From NCBI RefSeq assembly GCF_004010195.1, contig NC_057718.1, positions 21,364,735 to 21,428,734 on the forward strand: a DNA stretch of 64,000 nucleotides. Reading direction: 5' to 3'. Shown here in pieces: positions 14,186-27,562 of this stretch. The notes beneath the pieces were generated by a model, which made no database searches, was not told the origin of the DNA, and worked only from the letters and a program-made list of their open reading frames with translations. This DNA is from Chiloscyllium plagiosum (Eukaryota). Positions within the stretch are counted from its first letter, which is position 1. The number at the start of each line of letters is the position of its first letter. Both the position numbers and the translations under genes were made by a program.

Positions 14186-15299
14186 CTTGATTGAGTTCTT
14201 TGATGAATTAACTAACAGGACTCATTGGGGTAGTGTGATTATACATTCATAGAATGATACAACACAGAAGAAGCCTTTCATCCCATCGAACCTGTGCCAA
14301 CCTACCCACATTAATCCAAATTTTCTGTACTTACTACCTCTATTTCAAACAGCATTGAGTAAATTACTATGCAGTAGAATTCTGAGCAAGATTTAGGTTT
14401 ATAGGATTAAAGTCTGGAACAACATTAAATTGGCTAAGGGATGGAATACAGAAAGTTATGATAAATGGTGGTTGGAAAACCGAAGGAAGATGTTCATGGG
14501 CTTGGATATACAGAACATAATTTTGAAGTTTCCAGAATCACAAAACTCAAAAATGTATTAAGGTGAGCCAATAAACTTCATGAGATAGATAGATAGACTG
14601 GTGAAATAGACATGCCTTGTGAAATTTATCACGTAAAATATGAAATGATTCAATTGGTAGGAATAAAGTAAGATGACTAAATACAAACTATATATAAATA
14701 AGATCGATATAATCTTAATTTTAAAACCAAGTAAGGAGCAGAGAAAGCTGGATGTTCTGTACAAATCTTTAAGGGTTGCCAAACAAACCCTTGCTACTAA
14801 GATAAAAGTGATCCTTAATAGATACAGACATAGAATATGAGCGAGCACAAGAGAGCACACTCGAGGCAGAGCATGCGATAGTGCAAGAGCATTAGTTCCT
14901 CAGTATTTTGTTTCAGATATATTGATCAACATACCCAAACCCGGCTTTTTCTACACCATTTCTCCTCTTTGAACATTAACTCACTTTTTGCATCTACTGA
15001 ACACACCCAATATGTTTTTAATTTTGTTTCACTGTGTTTAGAGAACAGTTTGTGTGGTTAGAACATATCTACATAAAATGTGCAAAACGATTTTGATCAA
15101 TTATCCTAAACAACTGTCAACCATGATCACAATTTTTCAACCAACTTGGACTTGATCCAAATCAGATCTAAGCTTGGTAAGCTATTTCATTGAAAAAAAA
15201 CCTTATTCCAAAATTAAACATCAGAATTGGAATCAACAGAGGCTTTTTTTTTTTTAAGTGCAGGATTGGCATCTTTCATCTGATTGAAAATCAGTAAGG

Positions 15300-16460
15300 A
15301 GACCACATAGGGGTGATGCTTTGTTGTGACCTTACAACAGACAACAGACTAAAAGGTCAGTAGCAACATGGATTTAAAAATTAGCTGAATAAGAGGAAAC
15401 AAGAGAGTAAAGACCAGGGGATATTTCTCAGGGTGGAGGAAATTTTGTAATGGAGTTCCCCAGAATCAGTAATGGGACTCATTGCTTTTCCTGACATTTA
15501 TTACTTATGATACATCGGTGAGCAGGGACAAGATTAAAGTTTGCAAGTGACATTAAATTTTGAAGAATTGTAAACTGTGAGGAGCACATTATAGAACTTG
15601 AAAAGAACAGACAAGTTGATGGAGTAGGCAGACAGGTTGCAAAATAAGTTTCAATACAGAGAAGTGTGAAGTGATGCATTTTGGTAGGAAAAACTTTGAA
15701 AGACAATATTAAATAGGGGGTACAATTCTGAACAGGCTACTGGAATAGAGGAACCTGGGTGTGTATGTGCAAAGATCATCGAAGGTGGCAGAGCAGGCGG
15801 AGAGAGTAGTAAGTAAAAGCATATAACATCCTTGGTTCTATTATTAGGAAAATAGGACAAGGAGGTGATGTTAGACTGTTATGAGACACTTGTTAAAACT
15901 TCATCTGGAGTAGTGTGTACAGTTCTTGGTGCCACATTACAGAAAGGATGTATAGCATTGAGTACAAAACAGATTTACAACTATGATGCCAGGAATGAGA
16001 AATGTGCAATTGAAGAAGTTGGAATTGCTCTCCTTATAAAGAAGATGGCCAAGAGGAATTCCAATACATTTGATAGGTTTTCAAAATCATAAGTAGGCTT
16101 GATAGAATATATAGGGAGAAACTGCTCCTGACTGTAAAAGTAACAAGAATGACAGTCTACAGATTTAAAGTGATTTACAAAAGAAGCAAAAGTTATATGA
16201 GAAAAAAATACCTTTTATTCACTCAGCAAGTAGTCAGGAATATGGAATGTACTATACTGCCTGAAAGTGTGGCGGAGGTAGGTTTGACTGAGTCATTCAA
16301 GAGTGCACGTGATGGTCATTTGGACAGAAAATTAATGTGTAAAAGAATGAGGAAAAAGCAGGAGATTGGCACCAAATATTTTACTCATTTGCAGTGCCAG
16401 TGCAGGCACAATAGGTTGAATGGCCTCTTTCTGTACTCCCAGACTGTGACTCTCTGACCT
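15300..16460 (+). mobile_element. Old CR1 LINE RT/3' fragment
   Basis: Degenerate GVPQ.SV, KFASD, EKCEVMHFG and CTVL-type CR1 remnants. Confidence 0.7.
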
Positions 16461-16884
16461 AATGTGTAGCAAATGGCAATTTATATTTTTAAAATTAACA
16501 TATCAAAAGGCATAAAATTAACAGCATCACACTACAATTACAACATGCTCGGATTACAAACTAACAATCTTCACACAATTGCTCAAGCCACTTGGGGTCC
16601 AACTGGGCACTTCTTTTCCGGCCAAGAACTACAGGCGAATTTTTATTGTTGTGAACTGGATTTTTTGGTAAAGATCCCATCCTTGTCACATTGCCTGAAT
16701 TTAAATTAGGTAACTGGAGAATGAAAATATTTGTGTCCAAGGTTTCTTATTTTAAGTTACATTTAACGTTCCTCCTCAATTTCAGGTTTATTAAAAGCCA
16801 AAATATGGGCTGAGGTACAGGGTAATATTAGAATTTGGAAGGCAATCTATGTTGTACATATATTTTGCTTAGATTAAGGATTCT

Positions 16885-17098
16885 GCAGTCAAAATATTAG
16901 TAGTTCTGATATAACACAATTGTACCGTTCTCATGCAGTCTCGCATTATAAGAAAATTGCACATTAGTCACGCCATCTAAACTAATGGGGCCAGAATCAT
17001 GTTCTAGCCAATACAGATAAGGAATGTTCATGTTCTACAAATAGCGTTTGAAATTCTTCAATTTTGTTATAACGTGCGTTACAGCAGAACTGACTGCA
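16885..17098. mobile_element. Tc1/mariner (Tigger-like) MITE
   Basis: Imperfect terminal inverted repeats TGCAGTC..GTTCTGATATAACAC / GCGTTACAGCAGAACTGACTGCA. Confidence 0.55.
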
Positions 17099-18179
17099 TA
17101 TTAATATTAAAAAATCAAAATATTAAAGTCATAATTATTTAGTAAACTAATTTTTTTTTTAACATTGCTCATGCAACAGCACAGATGTTTTGTTCTTGCT
17201 TTGCCCCAGCTGTAATCAGAATGAATTAGAATCTATTATTAAATAATAGATAACAGAGCACTTGGGTAACTTCAAGGGTATCAGGCAGAGTCAACATGGT
17301 TTTGTGAAAAGGAAATTATGTCTGATCAGTCTACTGGAGGTCTTTGAAGAGGTAACTGCTGTAGATAAAGTGAAACCGTTAACTCTATTATACATAGATT
17401 TCCACAACACATTTGATAAGATGCCACATCAAAGGTTAGTGTAGAAAATATGCTCACAGCGTAGCGTCTTGACATAGATAAAATATTGGCTTGCTAGCAG
17501 AAAGTAGAGAATAGGCACAAATAGATCTTTTTCAGATTGGCAAGATATAAAAGAGTGGTTGCCACAGAAATTGTTGCTGGAACGTCAACAGTTTACAATT
17601 TATGTAAGTGACTTAGATGATGTAAAAGTACGGTTGACAAATTTGCTGACAACACAAAGACAGGTCTTATGAAGAGAATACAACGAAGTTACAAAAAGTG
17701 TTAAAGGTTTAAATAAGTGGGCAAAGATGTGGCAAATGTAATTGTCCATTTTGACACAAAAAAATGTTTAAAATTATCCAAATGGTGAGATTGCAGTTTT
17801 GAGATGCAGAGGGATCTGAGTGTCCTCGTTCATGAATTGCAAAAGGTCAATATGAAGACAGAATAACTGGAAAAGCTAATAGAATGTTAAAAATTATCAC
17901 AAAAAAAAATTCAATACAAAAGTCTGGAGGTTTCAGTTTTATATGGTGAGACCACATCTAGAGTATCGTGACCAATTCTATATACCCAATTTAAAGGAAG
18001 GATGTAAATGTGTTGAAAGCGGTTCAGAGAAGGTTTATGAGACAAATACCCCTAGAATGGGCAGAATGTCTTAAAAAGAAAGGTTGGGCAGGCTAGGCTT
18101 GTACCATTTGGACGTTTTCAAAAGCAAGAGGTGACTTCATTGAATATAAAATCTGAAGGGTCTTGACATATGCGGAGTG

Positions 18180-18363
18180 TATAGATTAGAGTGGTGCTGG
18201 AAAGACACAGCTGGTCAGGCAGCATCCGAGGAGCAGGAAGAAAAACCCGACGTTTCGGCAAAAGCCCTTTCCTGCTCCTCGGATGCTGCCTGACCTGCGG
18301 TGCTTTTTCAGCACCACTCTAATCTGGACTTTGATTTCCAGCATCTGCAGTATCCACTTCTGC
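18180..18363. mobile_element. Palindromic PLE family A mini-element
   Basis: AGATTAGAGTGGTGCTG..GGCAGCATCCGAGGAGCAGG inverted against CCTGCTCCTCGGATGCTGCC..CAGCACCACTCTAATCT; flanked by CATATGCGGAG/CATATGTGGAG. Confidence 0.75.
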
Positions 18364-18492
18364 CATATGTGGAGATTATGTTTGTGGTTACAGGAGAATT
18401 GGAACTAGGTATCACTATTTAAAAATCAGATGTTGTTCATTTAAAGAGAGATCAGGTAATAAAAATTTCTGGAGTGGCACAAGTCTTTGGAA

Positions 18493-18635
18493 TCGATGTT
18501 TCAAGCTAAAACCCTTCATCAGGATTTAGCCCGAAACGTCGATTCTCCTGCTCCTCGGATTCTGCCCAACCAACTGTGCTTTTCCAGCACCACACTTTCC
18601 ACTCTGATCTCCAACATCTACAGTCCTCACTTTCT
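18493..18635. mobile_element. PLE family A mini-element with 14-bp TSD and minus-strand hammerhead motif (about 18491-18527)
   Basis: ACAAGTCTTTGGAA at 18479-18492 and 18636-18649; minus strand reads AATC-CTGATGA-AGGGTTTTAGCTT-GAAACATC-GATT. Confidence 0.75.
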
Positions 18636-19144
18636 ACAAGTCTTTGGAAGGCTATACCCAAAAACGGAGTGGAAGCAGGGTCCTAGATTATGTTTAAGAC
18701 AGAAGAGGATAGCTTCTAGTTAAGTAAGGAGCTTAAAGATTACTAGGGTTAGGCAAGAATGCACATTTAAGGTTAGAATCAGGTCAGCCATAATCTTACT
18801 GAATGGCAGGCAAGCTCAATGGCCTACTCCTGCTCCTCATTACGTTCATATGAATCTTCACCTTTACACATACTCTACAGAGAATCAAATTTCTGGCTTA
18901 TATTTGTTTTAAAAGTTTGAGAGAATGGTGATAACATCCAACTATCTGTGTCTCATACCAATTTGTAAAAGTCGATTTTTTTTTAATTGTTTAATAAGTA
19001 TTAAAGCAAGAGCACACAATAAGTTATTGGTTTGATTTCAACCTGAAGCACAGAGATAGACAGCAACTTTGGACTTCTCTAATGTTTGTAAAGATATTTA
19101 TCCCCAAGATTACTTTGCCAAAGTTTGCTTGTTGTGTTTTTCTT

Positions 19145-19640
19145 TTAGAGTCATCTTCATACAGCATGGAAACAGACCCCTCGATCCAACCAATCCATGC
19201 CAACCATAGTCCCAAACGAAACTAGTCCCACCTGTCTGCACTTGGCCCATATCCCAGCAAACGTTTCTTATTCATGAACTTATCTAAATGCCTTTTAACT
19301 GTACCCACATCCACCACTTCCTCTGGAAGTTCATTCCACAAATGAACTACACTCTGCAAAACAAAATTATCCTCATGTCTTTTTTAAATCTTTCTCCTCT
19401 AACCTTAAAAATATGCCCGCCAGTCTTGAAATCCCCTACCCCAGGGATAAAACACCTGCTGTTCATGCTATCTATAGCCCTTATGATTTTATAAACCTCT
19501 ATAAAGGTCACCTCTCAACCTCCTACACTCCAGAGAAGAGTTCCAGCCTATCCAGCATCTCCTTATAATTCAGACCTTCCATTCCTGGGGACATCCTGGT
19601 AAACCTCTTCTGAACTCTCTCCAGCTTAATAATATCTTGT
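19145..19640 (-). mobile_element. CR1 LINE 3' end fragment
   Basis: Reverse complement of the CR1 3'UTR/tail (GGGTCTGTTTCCATGCTGTATG..GACTCTA). Confidence 0.75.
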
Positions 19641-21579
19641 CATGTAGTCCTAGCCATGTTTACTTCAAGATAATTTTAACACTTCACCTATATTAATGGA
19701 AATTACTCAGCTCGTGAGTTAAATAATTTACCATAGTTATAAAACAAAATATGGTTGAGATTATCTATCTGCCAAAGAAATGAAAAGCACAGTTAAATTA
19801 TTATACTCTCTTAACAATAAAACATAATTGTTTATCTTGGTTATGCTACACTTTATAGATGCTTTGTACATCAATTAGGTCATAAGGAGTGTAGAGTCAC
19901 CAACAGAAACTGACTTGTGTGTCACGCTCAAGAATCCAAATAATAATCCACAAAAGTCAAAGGTGTAACTGCACAGTTTATATGCCATGAACAAAACAAT
20001 ACAGTACTGTGCAGCCCAGGTAGCCTACTGAAGAACATGATTTGAGCAGAGAAAATGGGAAGCATTGTAATTAGAAAGAGCCACGGATAATGTAACAAAA
20101 GGGATGACTTTATCACTAGGGTTTAGTTACCTTTAATATGGATAAATTGGAGTTCATTTCAAGTTTCCATATAATACTCAGCACACCTACTCCATGGATA
20201 AATGCATCCCGTCAATAAACAATTATCCTCCACAAGCCCTTAGAGCATTGTTCCCCATATGGGCAGGCACAACCACGAGACAACAGTACTTTAACACTGA
20301 CTGACACCACCCTCCTCCCAACTCCAACAGGCATGTGGTTGAGGTTGCAGAGTGTCTCAGGCTGGCCCCGATCTGACAGTATCACTCAGGCTGGTCATGA
20401 TGGCAGAGATGCTCCAAAGTTTGGTTTAGCAAGCAATAGATAAGTGGGTGAGGGCAAGGGCAAGTGAGTTTTCAACTAACAGGAAAGGAGGAATTGAGTA
20501 AATCTGAGGATTGAAGAGCACCAGATCACAAAAAGGGATGGCCATGGGGAGAACTAGAAGTTTTGGGGAGGGGTGTGAGGTTAAACCAACTAGACATCTT
20601 TGGTGGACATCCTCCATTTGTCTTGTTGCCACTTTCTTCTGACAGATCTATAAATTCATTATTTCTTTTCCCCAGTGTTGATTACCCTGCACCATGACCT
20701 GTTAGCTTTAGATCGTTCAACTGAGAATACCTGTATGATTTAGTTGAAGCTATTGTTTCAAGTTCTCAATAAAAAGTTCCTAGATATAGTGCAAGCTCTT
20801 AACAATCATAACTCTCTATTTCCAAAACACTCCAGATGGAGTCTGGCCAAGGCTATGTGTAACAGCAATATTAAATCCACCCCCCACATATGTATCTCAA
20901 CCTGCTTGAGATAACAGTCAAAATTCCATTAACCTTGTTCTTTGTTTTTATATTTGCACAAAGTTGTAAATTATGACTTTGTAGCAATCTGAAGTGTTCA
21001 TTACTCAACTCAGTATGGTATTTTACTTGAAAAATATGCCACATTTCTTACAGTAGCTCTTTTGCAGCAGTTCCTATATACATGGGAGACAACTTTAATA
21101 AAATATTGAACCAGGTTCAAGTACCACCTGCTCCAGAAGTGTGTAAATTACATATCTGAACAGATTGATTAGAAAATAGCTTTAAAGCATACATAAAAAT
21201 AAGAGACACAATGCACGCTTGAGACTTTCCATAGCCAATGGGCACCGCAGGAGGTGAAGTGCATTATCCACTTCCAAAGTGTCATTTCAATTTAAATTCT
21301 GTCAAATCTTGAACATTAGTTTTGTTACTCTGCCCTATTAAACAAAATTAGATGGGAATAAAGTTACATATAAAAAGACACTAAGGACTCTTCTGACACA
21401 ATGCCTCCTACCTCTGGGCCAGAAGGTCCAAGGTTAAATTTACACCAAGATGTGAAGGCCTTCAAGGTATGTCATAACACATCCAAATAGACTGATAAAG
21501 ATTAGAAAGAGACACTTACTGAAACTGCAGTGATGCTATGTTAGGAGGAGTAAACTTATAAATGATGTACATTATAAAT

Positions 21580-22320
21580 AGAGTCATAGAGATGTACAGC
21601 ATAGAAACAGACCTTTCAGTCCAACTCATCCATGCTGACCAGAAATCCTAACTTAGTCCCATTTGCCAGCATTTGGCCCATATCCCTCCAAATCATCCTT
21701 ATTCGTACACTCATCCAGTTGCCTTTTAAATGTTGTAATTGTACCAGCCTCTACCACTCCCTCTGGCAGCTCATTCCATAAAAGCACCATCCTCTATGTG
21801 AAAAAGCGATCCCTTATAATCTTTCCCCTCACTTTAAATCTATGCCTTCTAGTTTTGGACTCCACTACCCTGGGGAAAAAGAGTTGACTATTCAAATTGT
21901 CCATGCCCCTCATGATTTTAATAACCAAATGGAAGACTGAATACCCAAATAGCTTTTTGGAATAGATCAGACAGGCAAAACTACTTTATGTTCATATTCA
22001 AGTCTTACTTATACTTAGTTTGCATTGAAATATTAAGAGAACTGGATTTTTAAGCGAGTTCTCTATATGCACAATATATTTTATATGGAGTGTTCTGTCC
22101 CTCTCCAACTGCAATTTTCACTTTCCATACTATTTTTTTTACACAGGTGGTCAAGCAAACAGTTAAAGAGATTTAGAGAGTCATAGAGATGTACAGCGCA
22201 AAAACAGACCCTTCAGTCCACCTCGTCTATGCCGACCAGATATCCCAACCCAGTCTAGTACCACCTGCCAGCACCCAGCCCATATCCCTCCAAATCCTTT
22301 CTATTCATATACTCATCCAG
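21580..22320 (-). mobile_element. Two CR1 3'-end fragments (21580-21920 and 22178-22320)
   Basis: Both start AGAGTCATAGAGATGTACAGC..ACAGACC, the reverse complement of the CR1 tail at about 31770-31810. Confidence 0.75.
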
Positions 22321-23989
22321 GTACTCAAAATTATGAGAGGTGTTGACATGAGCACTAGGGAAAAAGCTTATCCACTGATTGGTAATTTTAAAAAAAACCT
22401 ATTCCCAACACAGAGAAGATTATTACGTTTATATCGAGATTCCTAGAACAAGGCCGTTTCACCTCAGTAGTTTCCAATCTTTTTGGTATCAAGGCACACT
22501 TCAATGAGACAAACAATTCCACCGTATACCCACTTTTTCCAGGTGAACAGATTGTGAGTTATTGCAAGTCTATGCACATATGACTCCAGATGCTTATACA
22601 TGTGCAGTCGATAGGGGTGCCTTGTATTAGCAGGTACTGCCTTCAATAATAGATACCTAGGCTCCAAAGAAGATCAGAAGCACAGACACACACGGCCTCA
22701 ACATTCAGGTAATGCAGCACTGCTTTCCAAACCTTTTGCAGTATTTCTCTCACCTGGTCAATTGCACACTGGTTATTTAAACTTAAGCAGTGGTGAAAAA
22801 CAGAAACAAAAACAGCTTCTAAAGAGGAAGATTTTTTAAAATATGGGAAAAAGTTGGAGGCTTGGGACAAGTTGGACAGCCTTACAGAGAGCTACAAGCA
22901 GCACTATTGGTTCAGCAGCGTACCTAGAAACTGAAATTCTAAAATGGGTAACAAGCATTATTCAAGGTCAGCTGAGCCAACTAGCAACTGCTGCAAATGA
23001 CAAACCTCTCAAACAGATGAGTCACTTAAATAGGAAGGCTGACAGTAAAGTATCTCCAGACTGTAACATACTGAAAAGGTGTAATGCTAGGAAAACCATG
23101 TCAAACATTTAAAAATGTAAATAATGAAAACTTACGCACTTACTTTGCATAATTGCACCCATAATTATCAAGCAAGATTTCACTAATAATTAGATATTGT
23201 TAAGATTTAGTCCTGATATCAGGAATGCATCCACTTTTCAGTATAACAGTGCATTAATGTAACTATTTCATACTTAGTATATATTTTTCAAAGAAACATT
23301 AAATTAAAAACTTGCAAGAGAAATGAACCATGTCATTAGAATAAGAATGATGCAGCACTCACATCGAAGTGGTTTACGACTGGAGTGCATGACAGGATTC
23401 TGAAAAGATGTGCATACTTTTGAATTCCGACAACATTTTTTTATTCAATGTTCATTCAAGGGATTTGGGCATGTTTAGCTATTTACTGTTCATCTCTACC
23501 TGCCCGAGAAGAATGTTGCATTAAGTGACTTCTCAAACTGCTTCAGTCCATAGGGTGTAGAGACATCCACAATATTGTTAGAAAGGGAGTGATATTAATT
23601 TACCAGGCAACAGTGAAGGCATTGATTCATTTATTTCCATTCCTTTTCTTTAGATTTTGTACAAATTTTGATACAATTGAGTGGCTTGCTAAGCCAATTC
23701 AGAGGATAGTGAGGAGTCAAACACAATTCTTTTGGTTTGGAGTCACATGTAGGCCAGACCAGGTACGCTTGTCAGATTTCTATCCCTAAAAATAGACACT
23801 GGTAAACCAATTGGAATTTTCTGACAAATAACAATGATCACATGATCAAACTAATATTTAATTATGGACTTTGCTGAATTTAAATTCCACCATCTGCCGT
23901 GGTTGGATTCAAACCCATGCACATAGAACATTGGCTTGGAGCACCACGTTACTAGCCCAGTAATATGTTGCCCACAACACCATGCTGGC

Positions 23990-25240
23990 ATGAATGGAAG
24001 ATTGGCCAGCTAACAGAAAATAGATATATTTATAAATGGTCACATTTTCTAGTTATCAAGGTGTAATTGAGCGCGCCACAGAGATCAGGGCAAGGGCCTC
24101 AACTCTGTACAATTTATACAAAGTGACTTATATAAAAGAATGATTGTTAATCGAAAAGGGCACAAGGAGGCTAAAAAAAGAAATACATATGTAAAATAAG
24201 TTGGCAAAGATCTAGCAAAAGCATTATTATATGGGAAAATGTGAAATTGCCCATTTCAACAAGGAAAAAAACAAAATCTTATTATCTAAATGGTGAGACA
24301 CTCCAGAGCTCTAAGACACAGGTATGATCTGTGAGTTCGCAAAAGGTTAGTATGCAGGTATAGCAAGTAATTATGAAAACCAGTAGAATGTTATTATTTA
24401 TTCCAAGTGGAAATGAATACAAAAGTAGGCGATCATGCTTCAGCTCTAGATGATATTGGTGAGACCACATTTGAAAGTGTTCAGTACTGGTCTCCTTATT
24501 TGAGGATATAAATGCATATCAGCAGTTCAAAATGGCTTACTAGATAAATGTCTGGAATGGGTAGGTTATCTCATAAAGAAAAGGTTGGACAGGCTAGGTT
24601 TTTATCCAGTGGAGTTGACCAAGACTAAAGACGACTTGATTGAAATATACAGAAGATATCGGGGTCTTGACAGTATGGATGTAGAAAGGATGTTTCCTCT
24701 TGTAGGAGAATCTAGAACTAAGGGTCGTTGTTTGAAAATAAAGAAGTCACCCATTTAAAAAGAAATAATGCTTTCCCCCTCAAAGAGGATTGAGATCTTT
24801 GGAAAAATCTTCTTCAAAAGGCAGTGGAGGCAGTCTCTGAATATTTTTAAGGGCAGGGTCGATAGATTATTGATAAGTAAAGTTAAAAAGAATCACAACA
24901 CCAGCTTATAGTCCAACAGGATTATCTGGAAGCACTAGCTTTTTAAGCGCTGCTCCTTCATCAGATGGCTGTGGAGTATCCACAACCACCTGATGAAGGA
25001 GCAGTGCTCAAAAAGCTAGTGCTTCCAAATAAACCTGTTGGACTATAACCTGGTGTTGTGTGATTTTTAACTTTATACATCCCAGTCCAACACCAGCACC
25101 TCCAAATCATAACTAGTGTTGATAAGCAAGGGGATGAAATCATGGCAGGCAGGAATGTGGAGTAATCAGCATGATCTTCTTGAATGGATTGCACTCTCTC
25201 AAGGTACTGAAAGGCCTATCCCTGTTACTAATTCAGATGG
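23990..25240 (+). mobile_element. Old CR1 RT/3' fragment
   Basis: Similar to 17500-18850 (AAATGGTGAGA, GTGAGACCACAT, GAAAGGTTGGACAGGCTAGG). Confidence 0.65.
24882..25110. mobile_element. Palindromic PLE family B mini-element with degenerate hammerhead motifs on both strands
   Basis: Arms invert around about 24975; plus strand CAC-CTGATGA-AGGAGC-AGT-GCTC-AAAAA-GCTA-GTG at 24987-25021. Confidence 0.8.
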
Positions 25241-25489
25241 AATTACTTTTCATGTGTAAATTTTAGAATACAAGAAACTTAGAGGACACATGAAAATCCA
25301 AAAATGCAGAAATACTCTATTCCTGCATATACCTGTATGTAGGTCTACATATACCTGTATGTAGGCGCAGGAAATGTGTAGCAGACTGAAGCAAGCATGT
25401 CTCCCCTTATTTAGAATGAAAAGTGGCAGAATAGTTAATTGTGTGGGAAAGACAATCATCTTATATTTGGTGACGCAACCAAACATTGT

Positions 25490-25801
25490 GGGCGGCACGG
25501 TGGCACAGTGGTTAGCACTGCTGCCTCACAGTGCCTGAGACCCGGGTTCAATTCCCGCCTCAGGTGACTGACTGTGTGGAGTTTGCACGTTCTCCCCGTG
25601 TCTGTGTGGGTTTCCTCCGGGTGCTCCGGTTTCCTCCCACAGTCCAAAGATGTGCAGGTCAGGTGAATTGGCCATGCTAAATTGCCTGTAGCGTTAGGTA
25701 AGGGGTAAATGTAGGGATATCGGTGGGTTGCGCTTCGGCGGGTCGGTGTGGACTTGTTGAGCCAAAGGGCCTATTTCCACACTGTAATGTAATCTAATCT
25801 A
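25490..25801 (+). mobile_element. tRNA-derived SINE (HE1/SacSINE-type), near intact
   Basis: A box TGGCACAGTGG, B box GGTTCAATTCC, central TGTGGAGTTTGCACGTTCTCCCCGTG, CR1-like tail ending GTAATCTAATCTAA. Confidence 0.9.
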
Positions 25802-26649
25802 AAAAAACCCTTGATAATATCTGAAGTGATTCCACAGCCAATGTTTTGTGTCGGTTATGAGCTAAAGACTATCTTTTTTTGCAATCTCTGAAATTACAGA
25901 TATTTTAATTTCAAGGAAGCTGTATATGAAAGAGAGTAATGTCTGAAAAGCAATATTAGGAAACTTTTGCACTACCAGTCAGGCTGAAACATAATTCAGC
26001 CCACCCAAATATGTGGGTGAAATATGATATTTGATTCTCTAAAATGCAATGATTGTAAAACAAGCAACCTTTCCTTGCTTTAGGTGCAACAGATACAAAA
26101 TTGGAATGTTCCGCTCAAAGTAAGTGGCCATTTCATTATTATTGGCTATATGCAGAGGCAGTTCATGAGGCAATAAGTTGAAAGGCATAAAGCATACAAA
26201 GAATTGGAGTTCACATCTTGATGAACAGAAAAACAGGGAGGTAAGGTTAAATTTATACAGAATCTTAATTACACCACTCTGGGAATGGTTTGTGAAAGTC
26301 TGGTCAAAAAAAGCATATGGAGCACTGGAGCAAGTACAAACAAAAATTATAAGAATGTTTTCAAAATTGAGAGGCTCCAGCTATCAGGATAAATGAAGTG
26401 AGCTGGAGCGCTTTTCTGGAAATTAGTAAATATAGATATTTTTAAATCAACTAATCAAATATTATGACACACTTGGGAACAGGTGGGACTGGAACCTGGG
26501 CATCCTGGCTCAGAGGGAAGATTATTACTACTGTGCTGTAAGAGCAAGTACTACATGTCTTATAATGGAACTTAAATAGAGCAAAATGTAGAAACACAGT
26601 TTCCACTTGTGGGATAGACCAAAACAAAGGAAATAAGTACAAGATCAGT

Positions 26650-26982
26650 TGGTATGGTGGCTCAGTGGTTAGCACTGCTGCCTCACAGCACCAGCGATCT
26701 GAGTTCAATTCCAGCCTTGGCCACATCTGTGTGGCATTTGCACATAGTTTGCACGAGGGTTTCTGCTGGGTGTTCTAGTTTCCTCCCACCGGTCCAAAGA
26801 TGGTCAGTTCAGGTGGACTGGCCATGTTAAGTTGCCCCTCAGTGTCCAGGGCTGTCAGGCTAAGTGGATTAGCCATGACAGGTACAGGGATAGGGTTGAG
26901 GACTAGGACTGGGTGCAGTGCTCTTCGGAGGGTCAGTGCAGACTAAATTGACTCTTTCCGCACTGTAGAAATTCTATGATTC
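26650..26982 (+). mobile_element. tRNA-derived SINE, diverged
   Basis: GGTGGCTCAGTGGTTAGCACTGCTGCCTCACAGC..GTTCAATTCC head and TTCTATGATTC tail. Confidence 0.85.
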
Positions 26983-27039
26983 AAACTAATGGATTTAGAA
27001 AGTATTTTTCCATTTCAATGTTACTACATGAAGTCAGAG

Positions 27040-27562
27040 GTAAATCCAAGATGGCAGCGTAGTAGCAGCATAGCATGTGGGCTTCTGTCTGGAGCTAGAC
27101 TGCTTTTATTTTATTTTCTTCTTTCACTGCTCTTTTTCTCATACTTGAATCTATTTAACTTCTGTGGAGAATGGGTTAGTGCAGTAGGGAAGAGATCGAG
27201 CCAGTGTGATGGCGAGAGGACACCAGCATCTGCGGTGGTTTCGAGAACAGGCAGCCCAAGGCGACTGCTTAAAGAACACATAGCCTGAGATCTCCCAGCA
27301 TCTGTGGCAACATCAAGTGCAAGGGTGATTGAGTAAGCACGGGGAGATTGTGGGGATTGCAAGGCCAGAATGGCTAAGTACTTAAGAAAGACTATAATGT
27401 TGAACTTTTAACTTTATTTCTTTTTTTTTTACTCTGTACTTAAGATTTTGTACCTAGGTATCTTTGTACCTAAGATGGCACTGGGAATGGCAACTTTGTA
27501 CACTTTTCACTGTACTCTTGTATCCCTCAACTTCAGTACATGTGACCATAAAATCTAATTCT
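27040..27562 (+). mobile_element. Short non-autonomous retroposon (YY1-like CAAGATGGC start, Rex1/Babar-like tail)
   Basis: Starts ATCCAAGATGGCAGCG; ends TTTTCACTGTACTC..GTACATGTGACCATAAAATCTAATTC, similar to the tail at about 40310-40355. Confidence 0.5.

Larger units (their letters stand above)
17220..18850 (+). mobile_element. Old CR1 LINE RT/3' fragment carrying two nested PLE-derived insertions
   Basis: ORF 17262-17444 IRQSQHGFVKRKLCLISLLEVFEEVT..YIDFHNTFDKMPH is CR1 RT. Confidence 0.8.

Noticed and set aside
25490..25570. tRNA gene-like A/B boxes (also 26650, 37500, 50600, 53985, 57450)
   Set aside because: They are SINE heads continuing into SINE body and LINE-like tail, not tRNA genes
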